DNA of 64,000 nucleotides. Origin: Acidobacteriota bacterium (GTDB lineage Bacteria > Acidobacteriota > UBA6911). Position 1 is the stretch's first letter. Each line of letters starts with the position of its first letter. Shown piece by piece: positions 21,213 through 30,587 of the stretch. The stretch spans positions 3,584,001 through 3,648,000 of the forward strand of contig OY761556.1 in the NCBI GenBank assembly GCA_963664705.1, given 5' to 3'. A program made the translations under genes and the position numbers. Under the pieces are notes generated by a model, which worked only from the letters and a program-made list of their open reading frames with translations, did no database searches and was not told where the DNA came from.

Positions 21213-21845
21213 ATGTCTTTGATTCAGTTCACACGAAACCATTCTGACCATTCCACCGATAAAGGATATCAGTTTGAATTCTTCTGCGACCGCTGTGGCA
21301 ACGGGTACATGAGCGAATTCAAGGCTTCCGTTACAGGGCTGGCTGGAAGCGCGCTGCGCGCGGCCAGCAACATTTTTGGCGGAGTATTCGGACATGTCAG
21401 CAGTGGAGCCTATGAGATAGAACGTGCAATCCAGGGGCCGGCGCATGACAAGGCATTCAGGGAAGCGGTTGAAGAAACGAAGCCCCGTTTTCGACAATGC
21501 CCGAAATGTGCGAAATGGGTCTGCCAGGAAATGTGCTGGAATGGCAAACGGGGGCTCTGCTACGAATGCGCGCCGAACGTTGAAACCGAACTGGCGGCCG
21601 CGCAAGCCCAATACACGGTTGAACAGTTGCGCACCAAAGTTCAATCCCAGGATCTTACCAAAGATATCGATGTGACCAGTGAAGCGGTGGCGCTTTGTCC
21701 TCACTGCGGAGCGCGCACCCAGGGAGCAAAATTCTGTCCGGAATGCGGACAGAACCTTCGCCCCAAACTCGAATGCGCTCGCTGCGGGACTCAGGCGGAA
21801 GCAGGCACCAAATTCTGCCCTGAATGTGGCAACAAGCTGACCTAG
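21213..21845 (+). CDS. Multi zinc-ribbon (double zinc ribbon) protein
   Basis: Many CxxC pairs, including two KFCPECG motifs. Confidence 0.85.
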   Translation: MSLIQFTRNHSDHSTDKGYQFEFFCDRCGNGYMSEFKASVTGLAGSALRAASNIFGGVFGHVSSGAYEIERAIQGPAHDKAFREAVEETKPRFRQCPKCAKWVCQEMCWNGKRGLCYECAPNVETELAAAQAQYTVEQLRTKVQSQDLTKDIDVTSEAVALCPHCGARTQGAKFCPECGQNLRPKLECARCGTQAEAGTKFCPECGNKLT

Positions 21846-21882
21846 ATGTGCAAAGCGCCGTCGGGAAATCCGTCGCGGCGCA

Positions 21883-22674
21883 TTACGAAGCTTTGTGAAC
21901 CCAGCGAAAGATAGCGTCTGCTTTCTGTTCGCCATCCTGCTGGCGCGCTCTCAGGATTTCGCAGTTCCGGCTCATGATCTGGAACACATCCTCCATTAAC
22001 CGGTGTTTCTCCGCTTTTGCATATGATGAAAGATCGATCGGACGATCGATCTTTATGCGTATGATCACTCCTGGATTGACCTGCAGAGTTCTCGGAATGA
22101 TGACGCGATAGCTCCCATCCAGTGATACGGGAACGACCGGCACGCCGGTACGCAATGCGAGCGCAAATGCCCCGCTGTGAAACTTGCCCAGCTCGCCCGT
22201 CCTGCTGCGCGTCCCTTCCGGAAAGGCAATGGCATTCACGCCCCCCTGGATGATAGCAGCAGCTTCAATAATACTTTTTGCTGCCTCTCTCGGGTTCTCG
22301 CGATCAATGGCAATATATCCCGAACGACGCATGTGCCATCCCATGAAGGGCACGCGGAACAGCGATTTTTTCGCTATCCAGCGGAATTGAATGGGCAGGT
22401 ACGCGGCAAGCGAGAGGATATCGTGAAGCCCACTATGGTTTGCGACCAGTATTTGTGGACGGGTGCGGTCAATATTTTCGATGCCTTCAATTTCAACGCG
22501 GGCACGGCTAAGCCAGAGATTATCTTTCGACCATCTCCGCATACAAAAATGCTGCAGGGATCCCTTCCCGGAAGCTAAACTGCTCAGCACAGATACCGAG
22601 CCCCAGAATGCAGTACTCAAGGCACATCCGGTCCAACACCATGCTGTAAATATTCTGGATTTAAGCTGATTCAT
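21883..22674 (-). CDS. plsC: 1-acyl-sn-glycerol-3-phosphate acyltransferase
   Basis: NHSGLHD (HX4D), IAKKSLF and FPEGTRS. Confidence 0.88.
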   Translation of the reverse strand: MNQLKSRIFTAWCWTGCALSTAFWGSVSVLSSLASGKGSLQHFCMRRWSKDNLWLSRARVEIEGIENIDRTRPQILVANHSGLHDILSLAAYLPIQFRWIAKKSLFRVPFMGWHMRRSGYIAIDRENPREAAKSIIEAAAIIQGGVNAIAFPEGTRSRTGELGKFHSGAFALALRTGVPVVPVSLDGSYRVIIPRTLQVNPGVIIRIKIDRPIDLSSYAKAEKHRLMEDVFQIMSRNCEILRARQQDGEQKADAIFRWVHKAS

Positions 22675-22760
22675 CGAAACCCACGATTTACGATCAGACC
22701 CTTTGCCACGAAAGACCGCATTATCGCCCTGTTTCCCCAATCGTCAATCGTAAATCGACC

Positions 22761-24167
22761 TCATCCCCTGCTTCTTCTGCTTTTCCAGAAAAAGTACACC
22801 GGGACGCCGGTGAGGACAATGATCAGACCCGGCCAGGTAAAACGCGGTTTTACAAATAGCAGATCCAGCATGACAAGAAAAGCCATGAGGATATATACGG
22901 CGGGCAATACGGGATATCCCCATGCTTTATAAGGACGATCCAGGTCGGGCCGCTTCTTCCTCAGGACAAATAGTCCGCTGACGGTTAGAACGTAAAACAG
23001 CAGTGCCGCAAAAATGACATAATCCAGCAGATCGCTGTAGGTGCCGCTCAGGACCAGAAGTGAAGCCCAGGCAGCCTGAATAATCAGAGAGAAAACCGGC
23101 GTATGACTTCGAGACGATATGCGTGAAGCGCGTTCAAAGAAAAGACCGTCGGAAGCCATCGCGTAATAAACTCGGGCTCCTGCCAAAATCAGTCCGTTTG
23201 CGCAGCCGAAGGTTGAAATCAGGATGGCCACGCTGATAAAGGTCATGCCCCACGGTCCCATCAGGCTTTGTGCCGCCAGGGTACCGACCCGATCCTCAGG
23301 CGCCGAAGCGATGGCCGAAAGGGGAAGAACTTTTAAATAAACAACATTTGCGCAAATATAAATCAGCGATACCGACCCTGTACCAATCAATAGGGACAAG
23401 GGCAGATTTCGCTTCGGATTGACGACTTCGCTCCCCGTAAAGGTAACGTTATTCCAGGCGTCCGCAGAAAAGAGAGACCCGACGAGAGAACCTCCGAGTA
23501 CGGCAAGCATGGCCAGATTGATGGATGAAGGCCAAAAGGAAACCAGGTTTTCCTTCTCAGCCGTCATGTTTCCGTGGGAGAGCAGTCCCATCACGACAAG
23601 CACCAGCAATCCGCCGATTTTAGCAACGGTAAAGATATTCTGCACCACTGCACCCTGGCGCAGACCGCGGCAATTCACGTAGGTCAGAAGCGCCACCACC
23701 AGGATCGCCACTGTGTGCTGGCTGGTGATGTGATAGCCGAACGGCAGAGGGATCAGAACCCTTGACACAGAAATCCATGGCACAAAAAGGCCCGCGAACT
23801 TGGAAAATGCAACGACTACGGCAGCGATCGTTCCGGTCTGGATAACGAGAAATAATGTCCAGCCATATAGAAAGCCAAATAGCGGCCCAAAAGCTTCGCG
23901 TAGAAAGATATACTGCCCGCCGGCATGGGGCATGGCGGCCGATAGCTCACCATAGCTGAGCGCCGCCAGCACCGTCATGATCGCCGCAATCCCCCAGGCG
24001 ATCAAAAGCAGACCCGGAGATCGGAGGCTGCGAGCCATGTCGGCCGAAACAATGAATATGCCGGATCCGATCATGCTTCCCATGATCAGAGTTGTGGCAT
24101 CGAACAATCGCAAACCGCGTACGAGCTGGTTTTCTTGGATCTTGCTCTGGACAGGGGGGGCGTTCAT
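22761..24167 (-). CDS. APC-family amino acid permease
   Basis: GSMIGSGIF, YGELSAAMPHAGGQY, EVVNPKRNLP and RPYKAWGYP; about 12 TM segments. Confidence 0.95.
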   Translation of the reverse strand: MNAPPVQSKIQENQLVRGLRLFDATTLIMGSMIGSGIFIVSADMARSLRSPGLLLIAWGIAAIMTVLAALSYGELSAAMPHAGGQYIFLREAFGPLFGFLYGWTLFLVIQTGTIAAVVVAFSKFAGLFVPWISVSRVLIPLPFGYHITSQHTVAILVVALLTYVNCRGLRQGAVVQNIFTVAKIGGLLVLVVMGLLSHGNMTAEKENLVSFWPSSINLAMLAVLGGSLVGSLFSADAWNNVTFTGSEVVNPKRNLPLSLLIGTGSVSLIYICANVVYLKVLPLSAIASAPEDRVGTLAAQSLMGPWGMTFISVAILISTFGCANGLILAGARVYYAMASDGLFFERASRISSRSHTPVFSLIIQAAWASLLVLSGTYSDLLDYVIFAALLFYVLTVSGLFVLRKKRPDLDRPYKAWGYPVLPAVYILMAFLVMLDLLFVKPRFTWPGLIIVLTGVPVYFFWKSRRSRG

Positions 24168-24197
24168 GGGCAGTCCTGACTATGCGGGTTGCAAATC

Positions 24198-24240
24198 TCA
24201 GATTCCAGATTGGGAAAACTATTCCCGATCCGGAATCTGA
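24198..24240. terminator. Long stem-loop between dodecin and the permease
   Basis: TCAGATTCCAGATTGGGAA / TTCCCGATCCGGAATCTGA imperfect inverted repeat. Confidence 0.5.
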
Positions 24241-24257
24241 AGTCTGAAATGACCTGA

Positions 24258-24464
24258 TTAGCTTTCGATTTTGAAACCAACCTTTAGGACTACCTGGTAT
24301 TCCGCGACCTTGCCATCTTTGACATTTCCCCGCTGCTCAACCACCTCAAACCAGTCAATGTGCCGGATTGTTTTGGATGCTTCCGCGATGGCTGATTGAA
24401 CCGCTTCTGTGAATCCCACATTTGATGTTCCAACAATCTCTATCTTCTTGTATGTTCCAGGCAT
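24258..24464 (-). CDS. Dodecin (flavin-binding protein)
   Basis: YKKIEIVGTS...A.KTIRHIDWFEV...YQVVLKVGF; 68 aa. Confidence 0.95.
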   Translation of the reverse strand: MPGTYKKIEIVGTSNVGFTEAVQSAIAEASKTIRHIDWFEVVEQRGNVKDGKVAEYQVVLKVGFKIES

Positions 24465-24539
24465 TGATCAACCTCCTTACAGTAGGATCTATCATACGGT
24501 GAATTGAGACTAAATTCGAGTCACGAAAATCGAGATACT

Positions 24540-24995
24540 CTATTCCCTGGAGCGTTTCTCCGCCTCTTCCAGCCAACCGCGGCGCAGATCGCCCATCGCG
24601 ATGCTCGATGTATAGGGCTTGATATCGAGAACCGGAGTCCCGTCCAGCATATCGATACCCTTCAGATGAAGGAATCGTCCCTCGCGATGCGACAGTTCGA
24701 CATTCGTCAATCCGATCGAATTGGGCCGGCGGGGGGACCGGGTGGAGAAGACACCATGCACCCGGCCGTCTGTCGGAGTTTTACCAACCAGCTCGAAGTC
24801 GGCGGATTTATGAAAAACCCAGAGAATGATCAGATGGGAAAATCCGTCGATATCCTGAAGCCCCGCCTCGAATTCCGGCAAGACCTCCAGCACTCCCTCC
24901 ATTGTGTGTTTTGCTCCCAGTCCCTTCGGGACCTGGCTTGTGTCCGTGTATTCCGACCGGATATATCCAATCGGCTTCATTTTGAATTCGTCCAT
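24540..24995 (-). CDS. trmO: tRNA m6t6A37 methyltransferase TrmO (TsaA)
   Basis: GVFSTRSPRRPNSIGL and DMLDGTPVLDIKPY. Confidence 0.92.
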   Translation of the reverse strand: MDEFKMKPIGYIRSEYTDTSQVPKGLGAKHTMEGVLEVLPEFEAGLQDIDGFSHLIILWVFHKSADFELVGKTPTDGRVHGVFSTRSPRRPNSIGLTNVELSHREGRFLHLKGIDMLDGTPVLDIKPYTSSIAMGDLRRGWLEEAEKRSRE

Positions 24996-25075
24996 TGTTT
25001 GCTCCTGCCAGAATTATAGATCGCCTTTCGTTGACTTCGCGGGACCTTTTCAACAGAATTTTCGAGGAGGATCGG

Positions 25076-25825
25076 ATGACTTCAGCTTCGGAAAAGAGAG
25101 TACAGGTAATCGCGCACAGGGGCGCATCCGGGTATGCACCGGAGACCACACTGGAATCGTGCCGGCTCGCCCTCGAAATGGGCTCGGATTCGGTGGAAAT
25201 CGACATTCACCGGCTCCGCGACGGCACGCTCGTGGCCATGCACGATCACGATGTAAGGCGCACCACCAACGGCAAAGGAGAGCTCGCCACGCTGACTCTG
25301 CCCGAACTGAAAGCCCTGGATGCGGGGAGCTGGTTCAACCGGCGCAATCGCAAAAAGGCGAAGCCGCAATACGTGGGATTGAAGGTCCCTACGCTTAAGG
25401 AAGTTCTGGAACTATTGCGCAACACCACAGCCGGCTGCTGCATCGAGATAAAGGATCCGGAACGATATCCGCCGACGCTGGAATCGGAGCTGATCTCGCT
25501 TGTCTATGAATGCGGGATGGAACGGAGAGTGCAGATCCTCTCATTCAGTGCGTCGTCGATTGGAAAAATCAAGGAATTGGACAATTCAATCTCCACGGTG
25601 CTTCTGCTGTCGAGGCATAGGAAAGATCCGGTTGGGGCAGTTCGATTGATTCCGGCCGATGGACTCGCAATCCGCCATGATCTCATCACCGAAACCATCG
25701 TTCATTCCGCCCACGAAAATGGGCTTTCAATATTGGTGTGGACGGTAGACCACGAACAGGACATTCGCAAAATGGTTGCCTTGGGAGTCGACGGCATCAT
25801 CACCAATTACCCCAACCTGGTTTAG
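25076..25825 (+). CDS. Glycerophosphodiester phosphodiesterase
   Basis: IAHRGASGYAPE, EIDIH, MHD..V.RTT, IEIK, WTVD and GVDGIITNYP. Confidence 0.95.
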   Translation: MTSASEKRVQVIAHRGASGYAPETTLESCRLALEMGSDSVEIDIHRLRDGTLVAMHDHDVRRTTNGKGELATLTLPELKALDAGSWFNRRNRKKAKPQYVGLKVPTLKEVLELLRNTTAGCCIEIKDPERYPPTLESELISLVYECGMERRVQILSFSASSIGKIKELDNSISTVLLLSRHRKDPVGAVRLIPADGLAIRHDLITETIVHSAHENGLSILVWTVDHEQDIRKMVALGVDGIITNYPNLV

Positions 25826-25851
25826 GGAGGAAATAAAACAGTCCTAAAATC

Positions 25852-25882
25852 GAATCCAAGGCTCTGAGCGAGCCTTAGATTC
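25852..25882. terminator. Hairpin between convergent genes
   Basis: GAATCCAAGGCTC-N5-GAGCCTTAGATTC. Confidence 0.55.
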
Positions 25883-25927
25883 ACAGGATCCATTGAGGCC
25901 AAAATGGTTGAGGCAGCCCGATTCTCG

Positions 25928-27607
25928 CTAATGGGACTCCAGTTCACGGGCGGTAGTGAAGCTGGGAATGATGTCGACCGGAATTAGGGTCAACTTGTCC
26001 AGCGCCTTGCGCACTTCAGGGCGAACCACACCTAACCGGGAAATCAACTGCGTTGCCTTCTCATAGTTTCCTTCCGCCTCAAGCGTCAGCAACTCCCGCG
26101 TCAGCGCCTGCACGCCATCCCCAATCTTCGAGGGGTTAATCGCAAATGTGCCCTCGCTCCCAAGGATCACAGCACCATAATCGAGCAGGAAATTCAACTG
26201 GATTGCCTGCCCTCGACCATGCGCCTCGTTGATTCCGAATCGGATCGATCGGAAGGCCGATGCGAGATAGGTATCATACATGCTCGTCCGCAAACCCGTG
26301 TCCAGCACGCCTCTATCCACCAGGTACCGGAGTGCAAAGAGTCCGGAAATATCCGCCTTGGCTTCCTCAATAGTGCTGTAGGTCTCTTTCAATTGCTGCC
26401 TTACCGTGGTTGCCTGGCCGGCCACGCTGATCTGGTGCGGACCCAGGCCATGCATCAACTCATGCATCACAATATGGGTGAAGAACGCATCGAAGGAGAC
26501 GCGCCTTTGATCCGCTGCGGGCAGCACAAGACGGGAAATCGGGACAAGCACGAGCCTAAATTTTGCCTCCTGCACATTGCGCAACATGACGCGTTTGGCT
26601 CCCTTTTCCTTTACCACCCGCTCATCATTGGGAAGGTTAAACGCGGCCGTCTGGACAGCCCGGTTTCCATCTCCCGAAGCAAGGATTTCATTGACGACGC
26701 TGATGGGGGCCAAGGATCCCAGTTTCGGATTTCGATATCCGGGGTCCATCGGAAGGTTATTCTCAATCTCCTGCAGGTGAGATCCCAGCCTGGACAGTTT
26801 GGCGGTTTCAGCATCATCCCGAATGGCAATAAAAGCCTCGAATGCGGCTTTGGCGTTGAACCATTCATCTTCATACACTTCATAGGGACCGATGGTAGGC
26901 TCAATGCTTGCGTCCATCTCCATCCAGGCTACGTCGCTTTCATAATAATCGTTGCTCAAAAAAGCGGCCGCGCGCTTAACCAAAAAACTCCTGAGGCTGG
27001 GCTGCGCGGTAAGCAATGCGGCTTTGCGCAGGTGCGAGGCAGCGACTTCCAATTCTCCCTGGTACTCGATGCTGTATGGTATCGTGATGAACCGGTCGGT
27101 CCTTTCTCCTGCCGGATACCGGACTGCGGTAAAGAAACCGGCGGCAAGAGCTCGATCAGCCGCAGAAAGCCCTTTCATCCACGCGTCAATCTGATCTTTG
27201 GTTGATCCCTCCGGGTAAAATCCTGCTCCTTCCGGCTTGGCGGGGACTCCCGGAATAAAGGCCTGATTGTGATCAAGTCTCGACCAGGGCCCTTTGTTGA
27301 TCAGGAAATAGCGCAAACGCGCTTTGCCCAGCGGGGATTCATCCTTCAGCAGATCCAGAAGCAAAGAATGGTTGCCCGCCCAAACCTGGCGCAGGAACAG
27401 CGAATCCATAATCAAGCCGGCTTTTACAAGTTCGGCGAGGGCCTGTCGCTCGCCCGCCGGCAGGCTTGAAATATCAGCAGAAATGTCCACGGGGGCATAC
27501 CGTGCCGTCATTGCTTCAAGCTGGGACAGGTCGGGCATCGAGATCTCCTCAGTTTTCAGGGGGATGACAAAGAGCAAGGCAACAATACAAGCCATTATCC
27601 ATTTCAT
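25928..27607 (-). CDS. Secreted peptidase M49 (dipeptidyl peptidase III-like)
   Basis: Signal peptide, IGPYEVYED, AFNLPNDER, HELMHGLG and EEAKADI. Confidence 0.88.
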   Translation of the reverse strand: MKWIMACIVALLFVIPLKTEEISMPDLSQLEAMTARYAPVDISADISSLPAGERQALAELVKAGLIMDSLFLRQVWAGNHSLLLDLLKDESPLGKARLRYFLINKGPWSRLDHNQAFIPGVPAKPEGAGFYPEGSTKDQIDAWMKGLSAADRALAAGFFTAVRYPAGERTDRFITIPYSIEYQGELEVAASHLRKAALLTAQPSLRSFLVKRAAAFLSNDYYESDVAWMEMDASIEPTIGPYEVYEDEWFNAKAAFEAFIAIRDDAETAKLSRLGSHLQEIENNLPMDPGYRNPKLGSLAPISVVNEILASGDGNRAVQTAAFNLPNDERVVKEKGAKRVMLRNVQEAKFRLVLVPISRLVLPAADQRRVSFDAFFTHIVMHELMHGLGPHQISVAGQATTVRQQLKETYSTIEEAKADISGLFALRYLVDRGVLDTGLRTSMYDTYLASAFRSIRFGINEAHGRGQAIQLNFLLDYGAVILGSEGTFAINPSKIGDGVQALTRELLTLEAEGNYEKATQLISRLGVVRPEVRKALDKLTLIPVDIIPSFTTARELESH

Positions 27608-27754
27608 GGTTATAGATTACTCCAGGTATGGATCGCCGTTTCTTCTGTCTGGCGGTTTCATTGCCGCGCTTCGTCCGGATGAAATCCGATTATAGGTTTG
27701 AAATGACCTTTTGTATTCTCTATTATTTGACCTTTCTAAAACCCAGAGGTCATC

Positions 27755-29383
27755 GTGCCAGAGCAATCATCATTGGATTTGGACAATATCCCGGATGCAG
27801 CCGCGAAGCCCAAAGCACGCCAGACGGCGGAGAGCATGGCTGCGCGTCAACGGGAAATTTCGATTTCGGAATTCTTCAGCAAGAACCGCCATCTTTTGGG
27901 ATTTGATAATCCTCAGAAGGCGCTCCTGACGGCAGTCAAGGAAGCTGTGGACAATTCTCTGGATGCGTGCGAAGAGGCAGGTATTCTTCCGGTACTGCGG
28001 GTAACCATCCAGCAACTGGCTGAGGATCGATTCCGGATTTCGGTCGAAGACAATGGTCCAGGAATTATTAAAGCGCAGATCCCGAAAATCTTCGGGAAAC
28101 TGCTGTATGGGTCAAAATTCCATACATTGAAACAGGCTCGCGGCCAGCAAGGCATCGGCATATCTGCCGCAGGGATGTATGGATTGCTGACGACGGGAAA
28201 ATCCATTGTGGTCACGTCGCGCACGGGCCACGATAAACCGGCCCATTACTACGAGATTCAGATCGACACACGAAAGAATGCGCCTCAAATCATTACGGAC
28301 AAGGTTATCGATTGGGAACCGCCACATGGTACCAAGGTGGAGATCGAGCTGATTGGCACCTACAAAAAAGGGCGGCATTCTGTAGACGACTACATTCGCC
28401 AGACCGCCATCGCCAATCCTCATTGTGAAATATTCTATGCTTCGCCCGATACGCCCGAAACCCTGCATTTGCAGCGCGGATCGGACACACTCCCCCCGGA
28501 GCCCCACGAAATCAAGCCGCATCCGTATGGAGTGGAACTGGGTGTTCTGATTCGCATGATGAAGGAAACGCCGGCGCGGCAACTCAGCGCGGCGTTACAG
28601 CGGGACTTCTCGCGCGTGAGCAATCGAGTTGCCGCCGAAATCTGCAAAGCGGCCTCTCTAAGCCCAAATGCCAACCCGCACACCATCGTGGTTAACGAAG
28701 CCGAACGTCTCTTCAAAGCCATCAACAGCGTCAAGATTATGAGCCCGGCAACCAACTGCCTGTCCCCGATCGGCGAGGATCAGATCCTGTCGGGACTCCA
28801 GAAGGAAATCGAAGCGGATTTCTACACGGCAATCACACGAACTCCTGCTGTATACAGGGGAAATCCATTCCAGGTCGAGGTCGGCCTGGCCTACGGAGGC
28901 AGCCTGGGCCGCGAGGACCTGGTCGATCTTCTGCGTTTCGCCAACCGTGTTCCCCTTCAGTACCAGCAATCCGGATGCGCGATCACAAAAGCGGTGCTTG
29001 GAATTGACTGGCGCAGCTATGGACTGTCCCAATCCAAAGGGGCGCTCCCAATGGGGCCGGTTGTGCTGTTCGTTCACATCGCATCCGCCTGGGTTCCATT
29101 CACCTCTGAAAGCAAAGAAGCGGTCGCAGGCTATCCGGAAATCATGAAGGAGCTGCGCCTGGCCCTCCAGGAATGCGGGCGCAAGCTTGCCATGCATATC
29201 CGGGCACATCGCCGGGCGGTGGATGAAGAAAAGAAAAAATCATATATAGAAAAGTACATCCCCCACATCGGAATCGCCCTTCGGGAAATCCTTGGACTTA
29301 GCGACAAAGCCGAAAAGGACCTGGTGCTGACACTCAAGGACGTTCTGGAGCGCAGTCGGTCCAAGGATAGAATCGAAGATTAA
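27755..29383 (+). CDS. top6B: DNA topoisomerase VI subunit B
   Basis: GHKL ATPase motifs [19 protein letters not shown] and RGQQGIGIS; RFANRVPL and PFTSESKEA transducer motifs. Confidence 0.97.
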   Translation: MPEQSSLDLDNIPDAAAKPKARQTAESMAARQREISISEFFSKNRHLLGFDNPQKALLTAVKEAVDNSLDACEEAGILPVLRVTIQQLAEDRFRISVEDNGPGIIKAQIPKIFGKLLYGSKFHTLKQARGQQGIGISAAGMYGLLTTGKSIVVTSRTGHDKPAHYYEIQIDTRKNAPQIITDKVIDWEPPHGTKVEIELIGTYKKGRHSVDDYIRQTAIANPHCEIFYASPDTPETLHLQRGSDTLPPEPHEIKPHPYGVELGVLIRMMKETPARQLSAALQRDFSRVSNRVAAEICKAASLSPNANPHTIVVNEAERLFKAINSVKIMSPATNCLSPIGEDQILSGLQKEIEADFYTAITRTPAVYRGNPFQVEVGLAYGGSLGREDLVDLLRFANRVPLQYQQSGCAITKAVLGIDWRSYGLSQSKGALPMGPVVLFVHIASAWVPFTSESKEAVAGYPEIMKELRLALQECGRKLAMHIRAHRRAVDEEKKKSYIEKYIPHIGIALREILGLSDKAEKDLVLTLKDVLERSRSKDRIED

Positions 29384-29429
29384 TGCCGCAATCGGCAGCA
29401 TTTCCTAATCGCACATACGGGGTTTTTCA

Positions 29430-30560
29430 ATGCCCAAGAAAACCAAATCCGAAAACAAGCCAGCCAAAAATACGACGGATAAGCCTGTTTTGGACGCCAT
29501 CCAGTCCTCCGCAAAAGACATCCATACCAAGATTATGGCGCGCAAGAAGCCCACGATGAAGCTTCCAGTCCGCTCTCTGTCCAATGTTAAATACCAGCCG
29601 CAGCGGGGCTTCTTTGAAATGACCGGACAGAAAAAGGAGCGGACCCTCACGGTCAACACCGTCAAAACCTTCGCCCAGACATTGCGAATGGTTGCCCTGT
29701 CCAAAGAGCTCATCGAGAGCGATGACATCGCGACAAAACGAGAGGCGTACTATGTCTCTAAAAACTGGGAGGAAGCGCGTTTCAGCGAGCAGCCCGAATC
29801 GGACACGGTAATGGATGACGTGGAAGCCTATTTCGGAGTCAATCGGGAACAGTTAGGCTTCATTCCGGAAGAAAAGGGAGGCGATATTGCCGGCCGCCTG
29901 TTTGTCATTGATCACGATCGCGACACCGGCAAGGTTCTTAGAATCGACTGTACAAAATTTGGATCCGGCGCTTACAGCATTCCTATTTCTGTCGAACAGC
30001 TGCAGTTTGAAACCAATGCCGATTTCATCCTTGTCATTGAAACGGCGGGGATGTTCCAGCGGCTGGTAAAGCATAACTATTGGAAAAAAGCGAATTGCAT
30101 TCTGGTCAGCATGGGCGGAGTCCCAACACGGGCCTGTCGCCGCTTCATTCGCCGCCTCGCGGATTTCAAACAGATTCCCGTCTATGTGTTCGTCGATGGA
30201 GATCCTTACGGGATTACCAATATCTATAGAACCTTGAAGGTCGGATCCGGAAACGCGGCCCACCTGAATGAGTTCTTCTGCGTCCCGCAGGCGAGATTTC
30301 TCGGGATAACGCCCAAGGATATTGTCGACTACAAACTGCCTACTCACCCGCTAAAAGATGTCGACATCAAACGCGCCAAGGATGCGATTAAAAATGACCC
30401 CTTTATCCGACATTATAAAGACTGGGTCAATGCCATTGAACACATGCTTCACATGGGAGTTCGCGCGGAACAACAGGCGCTGGCCAAACATGGGTTGAAT
30501 TATGTGATCGACACTTATCTGCCCGAAAAGCTCAAACACCCGGAAAAATTTCTGCCGTAG
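29430..30560 (+). CDS. top6A: DNA topoisomerase VI subunit A (Spo11-like)
   Basis: TKREAYY catalytic Tyr region, Toprim VIETAG and DGDPYG, and AEQQAL. Confidence 0.96.
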   Translation: MPKKTKSENKPAKNTTDKPVLDAIQSSAKDIHTKIMARKKPTMKLPVRSLSNVKYQPQRGFFEMTGQKKERTLTVNTVKTFAQTLRMVALSKELIESDDIATKREAYYVSKNWEEARFSEQPESDTVMDDVEAYFGVNREQLGFIPEEKGGDIAGRLFVIDHDRDTGKVLRIDCTKFGSGAYSIPISVEQLQFETNADFILVIETAGMFQRLVKHNYWKKANCILVSMGGVPTRACRRFIRRLADFKQIPVYVFVDGDPYGITNIYRTLKVGSGNAAHLNEFFCVPQARFLGITPKDIVDYKLPTHPLKDVDIKRAKDAIKNDPFIRHYKDWVNAIEHMLHMGVRAEQQALAKHGLNYVIDTYLPEKLKHPEKFLP

Positions 30561-30587
30561 CAATCGGCTGTTTAAGTCAGCCCCCGG

